Notes under the pieces: model-generated
What the model saw: only the letters and a program-made list of their open reading frames with translations
Database searches by the model: none
What the model was told of the DNA's origin: nothing
Program-made: the position numbers and the translations under genes
Assembly: GCA_046757025.1 (NCBI GenBank)
Contig: JBHHXN010000130.1
Span: forward strand, 1-14,841
Reading direction: 5' to 3'
Source of the DNA: a bacterium
Lineage (GTDB): Bacteria; Zhuqueibacterota; Zhuqueibacteria; Oceanimicrobiales; Oceanimicrobiaceae
DNA length: 14,841 nt
Shown here: piece after piece, positions 7,192 to 14,841 of the stretch
How the letters are laid out: each line of letters opens with the position of its first letter
Position numbering within the stretch: position 1 is the stretch's first letter

Positions 7192-8409
7192 ATGCGAAAC
7201 AAACCTAACCGCAATCGCACATCAAAAAGTGTTGCAAAATTTCTGCTGCAGGAAATGAAACCGAAAGGTAAAATAATCACGCCATTTAACATCATTTCGG
7301 TTCCGGTCATGCTGGCGGGTTTCATTATTTTGGTAGTACAGTTTACGAAAGGGCTGGGCGCGGTGACCAACCTCTCTCAGGATTCCCCCTGGGGGTTCTG
7401 GATTGGCTTCGATGTGGTGACGGGCGTTGCGTTTGCCGCTGGCGCCTACATCATCACCTTTGTGGTTTATGTCATGCGGGTGGAAAAATACCATCCCATC
7501 GTACGGGCGACCGTTCTTAACGGGCTGCTGGCTTACATCTTTTATGCGGGCGCTCTGGTTCTGGATCTCGGCCGACCTTGGAACATCATCAAGCCTATCA
7601 TCGGCAATTCATTTGGATATAATTCGGTTTTGTTTTTGATGTCGTGGCATTTCTTACTCTATATGCTGACAGAGTTCGTTGAGTTTTCGCCGGTTATCGC
7701 AGAGTGGCTGGTATGGCCTAAAATTCGTAAATTTATGATGAGTTTGACGCTGGCTGCCGTGATTTTCGGTATTACGCTTTCGACTCTGCATCAATCCGGA
7801 CTCGGCGCGTTATTTTTACTGGCCAAATCTAAAATACCTCCTCTTTGGTACACCGAGTTTATCCCAATTCTCTTTTTACTCTCCAGCATTTTTGCGGGCC
7901 TATCCATGATCCTTTTTGAAGGAACGATTAGCCATCGTGTTTTCAAACACTTGCTCGATCCCCGCAAGCACGCATCCTCCGAAGAGATCGTCATCGGATT
8001 AGCGAAAGGAGCGGCCATTTCCATGTTTGTTTATTATTTTTTCAAAGCGCTTATTTTTATACATGAAAGACACTGGGCGATGATCAACGATTTCTGGGGA
8101 ATCTGGTATCTGGTGGAAGTCATCGGATTTGTGCTCGTTCCGTGTTTCATGTTTGCTTATGGTGTGCGCAATCGCAGTCTGGGCATCATTCGCACAGCGG
8201 CAGTCATGACGTTGATTGGCATTATTCTGAATAGATTAAATAATTCAGTTATCGCCTTCAATTGGAACGCACCCGTCAAATATTATCCTTCATGGATGGA
8301 GATAATGGTGACGCTTACCGTGGTTTTTGCTGAAATCTGGGTTTTCCGGTGGATTGTAAATCGCATGCCGGTATTCAAAGAATCTCAAGTTTTTGCGCTT
8401 GAATCTTAA
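7192..8409 (+). CDS. NrfD/PsrC-family membrane subunit (HybB/HmcC-like)
   Basis: GLGAVTNLSQDSPWGFWIGFDV, LDLGRPW, LSTLHQSGLGALF and YYPSWME motifs, about 10 TM segments, directly after the Fe-S gene. Confidence 0.92.
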   Translation: MRNKPNRNRTSKSVAKFLLQEMKPKGKIITPFNIISVPVMLAGFIILVVQFTKGLGAVTNLSQDSPWGFWIGFDVVTGVAFAAGAYIITFVVYVMRVEKYHPIVRATVLNGLLAYIFYAGALVLDLGRPWNIIKPIIGNSFGYNSVLFLMSWHFLLYMLTEFVEFSPVIAEWLVWPKIRKFMMSLTLAAVIFGITLSTLHQSGLGALFLLAKSKIPPLWYTEFIPILFLLSSIFAGLSMILFEGTISHRVFKHLLDPRKHASSEEIVIGLAKGAAISMFVYYFFKALIFIHERHWAMINDFWGIWYLVEVIGFVLVPCFMFAYGVRNRSLGIIRTAAVMTLIGIILNRLNNSVIAFNWNAPVKYYPSWMEIMVTLTVVFAEIWVFRWIVNRMPVFKESQVFALES

Positions 8410-8424
8410 CATGGAGTCATATCG

Positions 8425-8556
8425 ATGGAATCGTACACGTATGTAAACATTTTTGAAACAAAAGGCCTGGAATACCTGCTGCTTATATGCTTTTTGGTTT
8501 TATTCATTTTGTTGGTCAAATATCTTCGAGGTGTGCGGGAAAAAGCGGATCAATAA
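8425..8556 (+). CDS. 43-aa single-TM protein, HmcD-like; not in the ORF track
   Basis: GGAG at 8413-8416, then MESYTYVNIFETKGLEYLLLICFLVLFILLVKYLRGVREKADQ*. TKGxxY followed by a TM helix, positioned right after the HmcC-like gene. Confidence 0.75.
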   Translation: MESYTYVNIFETKGLEYLLLICFLVLFILLVKYLRGVREKADQ

Positions 8557-8810
8557 AATTTCAGGTTTGTTATAAATTCTGTTTTTTTTGTTGCCAATTT
8601 CCTTAACTCTTTTATATTTAGTGAAAACATTATTGTTAATAAAATCAGCATGTACCAGGGAATGAATGGATAGGCACGCACAGAATGAATGTTTGTGCCG
8701 ATTGCATTATTCAATGAATAAATGATCTATGTGAAGTCGAATGTGAAAATGTGTTTGGGCTGGAGCCGAGTTAGGCAGAATTAACATAATGTGAGGAGCT
8801 GGGTAATTGT

Positions 8811-10208
8811 ATGTCTTCCAAAGCGAAAATTTTAATCATCGATGATGATAAACAACTGTTGGTGAGCTGTTCGAAAATATTTAAAAACAACGGTCGCTAT
8901 CAGGTCGTGACCATGCACGATAGCCGGCAGGCTTTGTCAGAAATCGAGACCGGCCAATATGATGTGATCATCAGTGATCTGTCCATGCCGGACATGAGCG
9001 GAATGGACCTGCTACACAAAGCCAAGTTGATTGCCCCGGACGTGCCATTTGTGATTTTCAGTGCTTATGGCAATGTGGAGCGGGTGGTGGAAGCCATGCG
9101 CGAGGGCGCCTTCGATTTTATCGAAAAGCCGTTTAAAGCGGATCGGCTGAAAGTGGTGGTGGAGAAATCGCTGAGCCATCGAAATTTATACAAAGAAAAG
9201 CGGGCGCTGGAAAATCAACTGCAGCAGCGTTATAGTTTTGACAACATCATCGGAAAGAGCCCGGTCATGCAGCGGGTGTTCGACATGATTGCGCGGGTGG
9301 CAGATGGTGAATCCAATATCGCCATCATTGGCGAAAGTGGCACCGGCAAAGAGCTGGTTGCCCGCAGTATCCACGTGCACAGCTACCGCAGCTCCCGCGC
9401 CTTTGTACCGGTAAATTGCGGGGCATTTCCGGAAAATCTATTTGAAAGTGAGCTATTTGGATATGAAAAAGGCGCGTTCACCGGCGCCTTTCGACGCAAA
9501 CCCGGGCTACTGGAATTTGCAGACGGCGGCACGTTTTTCCTGGACGAAATCTGCGAATTGAGTCCGACTTTGCAGGTGAAATTGCTGCGTATGCTGCAGG
9601 ATAAAAAAATCCGACGAGTGGGCGGCACCGAGCTGGTCGACGTGGACGTCCGCATCATTTCAGCATCAAATCTCAAAATGGAAGAAGCCCTCGAAAGCGG
9701 TGCGCTGCGTGAAGATTTGTACTACCGCTTGAATGTTATTTCCATTCACCTGCCGCCTCTCCGCGAACGCCGGGAAGATATTCCGATTTTATGCAAACAT
9801 TTCATCGAGAAATATATAAAACTTTCACCCAAAAATATCAAAGGCTTTTCCGAAGAAGCGTTGCGCTATTTGGAAAACTACAACTGGCCTGGAAACGTAC
9901 GTGAGTTAGAAAACGTTATCGAACGCGCCATCACGCTGGCTGCAACGGACTGGATCCAGCCCGTGGATTTGCCTGATAAAATTGTGGGTCGCCAGGACAG
10001 CGTTCAAACCGTACAAATTGACACGCCGCTCAAAGTAGCCAAAGACCAAGTGCTGGCGCAATTTGAATGCGAATATCTGGTCAAAATGTTGACACGACAT
10101 AACGGCAACATTACACAGGCCGCCAAAAACAGCGGCATCGATCGCCGCTCGTTTCACCGACTGCTCAATCGATATAAGATCAACTCACGAGATTGGAAAC
10201 AGAATTAA
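8811..10208 (+). CDS. Sigma54-dependent NtrC/AtoC-family response regulator
   Basis: Receiver domain (IIDDD, DLSMP, KPF), AAA+ domain (GESGTGKE, GAFTGA, FLDEI, REDLYYRLNV, WPGNVRELEN) and a Fis-type HTH. Confidence 0.96.
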   Translation: MSSKAKILIIDDDKQLLVSCSKIFKNNGRYQVVTMHDSRQALSEIETGQYDVIISDLSMPDMSGMDLLHKAKLIAPDVPFVIFSAYGNVERVVEAMREGAFDFIEKPFKADRLKVVVEKSLSHRNLYKEKRALENQLQQRYSFDNIIGKSPVMQRVFDMIARVADGESNIAIIGESGTGKELVARSIHVHSYRSSRAFVPVNCGAFPENLFESELFGYEKGAFTGAFRRKPGLLEFADGGTFFLDEICELSPTLQVKLLRMLQDKKIRRVGGTELVDVDVRIISASNLKMEEALESGALREDLYYRLNVISIHLPPLRERREDIPILCKHFIEKYIKLSPKNIKGFSEEALRYLENYNWPGNVRELENVIERAITLAATDWIQPVDLPDKIVGRQDSVQTVQIDTPLKVAKDQVLAQFECEYLVKMLTRHNGNITQAAKNSGIDRRSFHRLLNRYKINSRDWKQN

Positions 10209-10567
10209 TGCACGAGCTTGCCATTGCCAACTCCATTTTTGAGACGGTCATGCAGGAAATGCAAGCGCGCAAAATCTCCTCGGTGAAACAAGTGGGCATT
10301 CAGATTGGGGTGCTGAGCTGCGTGGATGCGGAATCGTTACGCTTTAATTTTGAAGTGATCACCAGCCAAACCCCTTTGAGCCAAACCCGTCTTGAAATCG
10401 AAAATGTCGCTGTGCAGGGCGTGTGTCGCGACTGTGCGCACGACTTTGAAGTGCATGATTTTGTTTTTGCCTGCCCAAACTGTCATTCGGGACATATTCA
10501 GGTGACCAAAGGAGAAGAACTACAAATCGTCTATTTGGAAGTGGATGACGAATCATTCACTTGCTGA
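10208..10567 (+). CDS. hypA: Hydrogenase nickel metallochaperone HypA
   Basis: MHE start overlapping the upstream stop (TAATG), CRDC and CPNC zinc motifs, GEEL. Confidence 0.95.
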   Translation: MHELAIANSIFETVMQEMQARKISSVKQVGIQIGVLSCVDAESLRFNFEVITSQTPLSQTRLEIENVAVQGVCRDCAHDFEVHDFVFACPNCHSGHIQVTKGEELQIVYLEVDDESFTC

Positions 10568-10765
10568 TGTTTGATTTGCACGTGCGGCGCATTTGTACGA
10601 TTTCTTCTGCAAAATATTCGCTCGAAAATGCCCACGATGTTGGAGGTGGCCCCCAGGGTTTTGATCACACAGCTTTAATACGAGCGTTTTCTAAACATTC
10701 CATTCTTCTGTTTACGCAAAACCGCAGCACAGAAGGAGACGGTATTATTCTCGAAAGGACAAAGG

Positions 10766-11431
10766 ATGGCTGAAAAAATTTCCATTGAAAAAAAGGTGCT
10801 TTCTGAAAATGATCGGCTGGCAGCCGCGATTCGGCAGCGGCTCACTTCGCAAAAGATTCTCACGCTCAATCTGGTGAGCTCGCCGGGCTCCGGCAAAACC
10901 AGTTTGCTGGAGAAAACCATTGGCGCGCTCAATGCCTTGTTTGGCATCGGTCATATCGCCGGCGACGTGCAAACCGAAAACGACGCCGACCGGCTTTTGC
11001 GGGCCGGCGGTAAAATGGTGCGGCCGTTGGTCACTGGCGGCGCCTGCCATCTGGACGCCAAAATGATCACTGGCGTACTGCCGGAATTAAACCTCGAGGA
11101 GCTGGAGATTTTGTTCATCGAAAATGTCGGCAATTTGGTTTGCCCCTCTTCGTACGATCTGGGCGAAGACATGAAAGTCGTTTTGATCAGCACCACCGAA
11201 GGCGACGATAAGCCGTTAAAATATCCCGGCATGTTTCGACGCTCGTCCGTAATGGTGGTGAATAAAATCGATCTCCTTGGCACTTCTGATTTTGATGTGG
11301 ATAGAGTGAAAAACAACGCCCGGCGCATCAACGCCGATCTGAAGATATTTGAAATTTCGTGTCGCACCGGCGACGGACTGGACGCTTGGTTTGCCTGGCT
11401 GAAAGACATGGTGATGAAAAAACAATCTTAG
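10766..11431 (+). CDS. hypB: Hydrogenase nickel-insertion GTPase HypB
   Basis: SSPGSGKT, GGACHLDA, ENVGNLVCP, EGDDKPLKYP and NKIDL motifs. Confidence 0.96.
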   Translation: MAEKISIEKKVLSENDRLAAAIRQRLTSQKILTLNLVSSPGSGKTSLLEKTIGALNALFGIGHIAGDVQTENDADRLLRAGGKMVRPLVTGGACHLDAKMITGVLPELNLEELEILFIENVGNLVCPSSYDLGEDMKVVLISTTEGDDKPLKYPGMFRRSSVMVVNKIDLLGTSDFDVDRVKNNARRINADLKIFEISCRTGDGLDAWFAWLKDMVMKKQS

Positions 11432-11445
11432 TTTAGGTAAGGATG

Positions 11446-11484
11446 GAGATCGCTTCGTCTCACAAAAAACACAGTGCAATGACA
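11446..11484. repeat. Degenerate half of a REP-like palindromic repeat
   Basis: GAGATCGCTTCGTC...GCAATGACA resembles the right arm of the common GTCATTGCGA...GAAGCAATCTC / GAGATTGCTTC...CGCAATGAC intergenic repeats. Recognised from memory; the left arm is absent. Confidence 0.4.
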
Positions 11485-11569
11485 AATTAATCGTTTTCGT
11501 GCTTGCTCTTCATTCTCAAAATCAATCTTCGAGCGAACGTTTCAAATAGCTAAATTGTGTGTGATTTCG

Positions 11570-13846
11570 ATGAATCTCAGACGTGAAAAATTGGTCATCA
11601 ATGGCATCGTGCAGGGAGTGGGCTTTCGGCCGTTTGTGTACCGGCTGGCCCGAGAGTACCGCCTGGGCGGATTTGTCAACAACCGCAGCGACGGCGTGCT
11701 CATCGAAGTGGAAGGCTCCGCGCAGCGGTTGCAAGACTTCCGACAGCGACTGCGTTCAGAGGCGCCGCCCATGGCGAAAATCGTGGAATTGTGCACTGCA
11801 GAAATCGACCCACTCGGCGAAAATGAGTTTGTCATCCAGGCCAGTGACGGTAAAACTCAACCCACTACGCTGATCTCGCCGGATATCGGCATCTGCGAAG
11901 ATTGCTTGCGGGAGCTGTTCGATCCCCACGACCGTCGATATCGCTATCCGTTTATCAATTGCACCAATTGCGGTCCGCGCTTCACCATTGTGGAGCGCAT
12001 CCCCTACGACCGGCCGTTTACGTCCATGAAAGTGTTTCCCATGTGCCCGGCTTGTTCAGAGGAATATCACAATCCCGGCAACCGCCGATTTCATGCGCAG
12101 CCCAATGCCTGTCCCCAATGCGGTCCCAAATTGAGTTTGCACGACCAGGATGGCCGAGAGGTGGCCGCTGACGACGTCATCGAATCGGCGGTAAATTTGC
12201 TGAGGGCCGGCAAGATTCTGGCCGTGCGCGGGGTCGGCGGTTTTCATCTGGCCGTGGACGCCCGCAACGAGTCGGCGGTGCAGGAGCTGCGCCGGCGTAA
12301 GGGCCGGGCCGAGAAACCGTTCGCCATGATGGCCGCGGATCTCGACAGCATCGGCAAATATGGTCAGATTTCTGAATTAGAAGCGCAGGCATTGCAGCAG
12401 CCCACCCGGCCCATCGTGCTTTTACAAGCGCATGCCGAACACAGCCTGGCGCCTGCGGTGGCGCCGGGTAACCGCTACCTGGGATTTATGCTGCCGTACA
12501 CCCCGTTGCACTATCTTCTGCTGCGGGAGCCTTTCGACGCGCTGGTGATGACCAGCGGCAATTTCAGCGAAGAGCCCATTGCCATCGGCAATCAGGAAGC
12601 GCTGGACAGGCTGGCGCCGCTGGCGGATTATTTTCTGCTGCACGACCGGGAAATCCGGCAGCGCGCTGACGATTCTATCGTCCGCTGTGTTGCGGGAGAG
12701 ATGCGGGCGATTCGGCGTGCTCGCGGTTACGTGCCGGCGCCAGTTTTTCTCGCCCATCCCACGCGCAAACGCATCCTCGCTTGCGGCGGCGAGCTGAAAA
12801 ACACCTTCGCCCTCTGCCGCGATGAGGCGGTGTTTTTAAGCCAGCACATCGGGGATCTGGACAATCCCTCCGCGCTGGACTTCTTTGAATACAGCATCGA
12901 ATATCTGCAACAGATTTTGCAAATTACGCCGGAGGTTATCGCGTATGATTTGCACCCGGAATACCTTTCCACCAAATGGGCTTTAAAACAGACGGATTGC
13001 CCTAAAATCGGGGTGCAGCATCATCACGCACATCTGGTTGCGGTGATGGCAGAAAACGGCGTGGAAACGCCGACCATCGGCATCATTCTCGACGGCACCG
13101 GCTACGGCACCGACGGCACCATCTGGGGCGGCGAAGTGCTCATCGGCGACGCTCGCAGATTTGAAAGGTATGCCTGGCTCGAACCGGTGGCTTTGCCCGG
13201 TGGCGCGGCGGCCATTCGTCAGCCCTGGCGTATGGCGCTGAGCTACCTGTTCCAGGCGTTCGGCCGCGAGCTTTTCCAGCTGGAGCTGACGTTCGTGCAA
13301 AGGGTGCGCCGGCAGCAGGCCGAGGTCATCGTTCAGATGATCGAAAAACAGGTCAACGCGCCGCTGACTTCCAGCTGCGGCCGGCTGTTCGATGCGGTGT
13401 CGGCGCTGCTGAACATCCGCCATGAAATCAACTTTGAGGCGCAGGCCGCCATCGAGCTGGAGATGGCCCTCGATCCTGGTTGTCTGGACACCTATGAAGA
13501 TCGGCTGCTGGCGAGGCCTTCAAAAGGCGCTTTGCCTGTGGACAGGTTGATTAAAGCCGTGGTGGCGGATATTCAAAAGGGCACGGCTGTTGGGAAGATT
13601 TCAGCCCGTTTTCACCGCACGCTTGGTGAAATTTTTCTCAAATCGGCCCAATTGGCTCGCACCGAAGCCGGCATAAATCGGGTAGGCTTGAGCGGCGGCG
13701 TGTTTCAAAATCCGTATTTATTTGAATATCTGATTCAGCGACTCAAAGCGCACGATTTTGAGGTGCTCACGCACAAACAGGTGCCCGCCAACGACGGCGG
13801 GCTGGCCCTGGGGCAGCTGGTGATCGCGGATGCGGCGAGTCATTGA
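11570..13846 (+). CDS. hypF: Carbamoyltransferase HypF
   Basis: GIVQGVGFRPFVY acylphosphatase-like domain, zinc fingers (CEDC, CTNCGPR, CPAC, CPQCGP), QHHHAH, DGTGYG and PANDGGLALGQ. Start taken at ATG 11570; the track's TTG 11555 is an alternative. Confidence 0.96.
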   Translation: MNLRREKLVINGIVQGVGFRPFVYRLAREYRLGGFVNNRSDGVLIEVEGSAQRLQDFRQRLRSEAPPMAKIVELCTAEIDPLGENEFVIQASDGKTQPTTLISPDIGICEDCLRELFDPHDRRYRYPFINCTNCGPRFTIVERIPYDRPFTSMKVFPMCPACSEEYHNPGNRRFHAQPNACPQCGPKLSLHDQDGREVAADDVIESAVNLLRAGKILAVRGVGGFHLAVDARNESAVQELRRRKGRAEKPFAMMAADLDSIGKYGQISELEAQALQQPTRPIVLLQAHAEHSLAPAVAPGNRYLGFMLPYTPLHYLLLREPFDALVMTSGNFSEEPIAIGNQEALDRLAPLADYFLLHDREIRQRADDSIVRCVAGEMRAIRRARGYVPAPVFLAHPTRKRILACGGELKNTFALCRDEAVFLSQHIGDLDNPSALDFFEYSIEYLQQILQITPEVIAYDLHPEYLSTKWALKQTDCPKIGVQHHHAHLVAVMAENGVETPTIGIILDGTGYGTDGTIWGGEVLIGDARRFERYAWLEPVALPGGAAAIRQPWRMALSYLFQAFGRELFQLELTFVQRVRRQQAEVIVQMIEKQVNAPLTSSCGRLFDAVSALLNIRHEINFEAQAAIELEMALDPGCLDTYEDRLLARPSKGALPVDRLIKAVVADIQKGTAVGKISARFHRTLGEIFLKSAQLARTEAGINRVGLSGGVFQNPYLFEYLIQRLKAHDFEVLTHKQVPANDGGLALGQLVIADAASH

Positions 13847-13883
13847 AGCAGCCCTATTAGAATGGAGTTGTCAAGCAATAGCA

Positions 13884-13936
13884 TTGACAATGACAAATCA
13901 CTAATGTACTTTTATTTAGAAAAAGAAAAGTACATT
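13884..13936 (+). promoter_or_regulatory. Sigma70-type promoter for hypCD overlapped by a palindromic operator
   Basis: TTGACA (13884-13889), a 17-nt spacer, then TACTTT (13907-13912). Perfect 11-bp inverted repeat AATGTACTTTT (13903-13913) / AAAAGTACATT (13926-13936). Confidence 0.6.
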
Positions 13937-13997
13937 TTCACTGCAGAAGTAAAGTAAATAAGTGTGACAAATTATTTTCAAATAATAGAGGTGCGAT

Positions 13998-14303
13998 ATG
14001 TGTTTAGCCATTCCCGGGAAAGTTCTCGGAATCTACGATGAAAACGGTTTAAAAATGGGGCGAATTGATTATGCGGGCACCGTCAATACCGCCTGTCTGG
14101 AATACGTTCCGGAAATTGAAATCGGGCAATATGCCATCGTGCACGCGGGATTTGCCATCAGCATCATCGATGAAGAGGAGGCGCAGAAAACCTACGAAGT
14201 CTGGAACGAGCTGGTGGAAGCCGCGGCCGAAGAGGGCACCGATATTTTCGGCATGCCGCTGGAGGAAAGCCAGCAAAAACAGAAAAAGGAGGACGGATCA
14301 TGA
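13998..14303 (+). CDS. hypC: Hydrogenase maturation chaperone HypC/HybG/HupF
   Basis: MCLAIPG N-terminus, VHAGFAI motif, GAGG RBS upstream. Confidence 0.96.
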   Translation: MCLAIPGKVLGIYDENGLKMGRIDYAGTVNTACLEYVPEIEIGQYAIVHAGFAISIIDEEEAQKTYEVWNELVEAAAEEGTDIFGMPLEESQQKQKKEDGS

Positions 14304-14841
14304 AGTACCTCGACGAATACCGCAACCCGGACATTGCCAGACGCATTCTGAAAGAAATCCGCGCGGTCACCACCCGTCCGTGGATCATCATGGAAATTTG
14401 CGGCGGTCAGACCCATTCCATCATCAAAAACGGCATCGACCAACTGCTGCCTAAAGAAATCGAACTGGTGCACGGTCCGGGCTGTCCGGTGTGCGTGACG
14501 CCTCTGGAGCAGATCGACAAAGCGCTGCAAATCGCCGGCCGGCCGGAGGTGATCTTCACTTCTTTTGGCGACATGCTGCGGGTGCCGGGCTCTGAGAAAG
14601 ATCTGTTCATGGTCAAATCCGAGGGCGGCGACGTGCGGGTGGTGTATTCGCCCCTGGACGCGGTGAAAATCGCCCGGGAAAATCCCGACAAAAAAGTGGT
14701 GTTTTTTGCGGTGGGCTTTGAAACCACCGCCCCCAACAACGCCATGGCGGTCTGGCAGGCGCACCGGGAAGGTTTGAAAAATTTTTCCATTCTGGTTTCG
14801 CATGTGCTGGTGCCGCCAGCCATGAAAGCGCTGCTGTCCTC
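14300..14841 (+). CDS. hypD: Hydrogenase formation protein HypD (partial, runs off the window)
   Basis: ATGA overlap with the hypC stop, then [43 protein letters not shown] and GFETTAP. Confidence 0.95.
   Translation, partial: MKYLDEYRNPDIARRILKEIRAVTTRPWIIMEICGGQTHSIIKNGIDQLLPKEIELVHGPGCPVCVTPLEQIDKALQIAGRPEVIFTSFGDMLRVPGSEKDLFMVKSEGGDVRVVYSPLDAVKIARENPDKKVVFFAVGFETTAPNNAMAVWQAHREGLKNFSILVSHVLVPPAMKALLS

Noticed and set aside
8557..8810. Sigma54 -24/-12 promoter for the cluster
   Set aside because: No TGGCAC-N5-TTGC match was found here or in other intergenic regions. GGCAC hits near 3153, 4548 and 8673 lack the -12 element.
11433..11445. Reverse-strand CATCCTTACCTAA resembling the flank of element copy 1, as a third copy
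   Set aside because: The element's end motifs are absent. A 9-bp shared word could be chance or at most an empty target site.

Overview
Bacterial window with three parts. (1) 1-1535 is a stack of nested, damaged mobile elements: a probable group II intron domain-I fragment, joined to the left end of an IS3-like element, which interrupts a frameshifted IS701/IS4-like transposase. (2) 1536-4485 is an accessory stretch with a small TAA-flanked hairpin element, a CREST/ceramidase-like membrane hydrolase, and a trypsin-like serine protease with a structured leader and a terminator. (3) 4825-14841 is a redox and [NiFe]-hydrogenase maturation cluster: a heme-motif sensor kinase truncated onto an unannotated tetraheme cytochrome c3-like fragment, an interrupted HybA/HmcB-like Fe-S gene, a NrfD/HybB/HmcC-like membrane subunit, an unannotated 43-aa HmcD-like peptide, a sigma54-dependent response regulator, and hypA-hypB-hypF-hypC-hypD (partial). 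The most notable observation is a pair of small non-coding elements (180 and 160 bp). Both sit after CCTAA, are flanked by TAA direct repeats, lack terminal inverted repeats, share end motifs at conserved spacing and carry different internal hairpins. Exact removal of the 160-bp copy restores an intact Tat-signal Fe-S gene. Family assignments come from motif recognition by eye; no searches were run.
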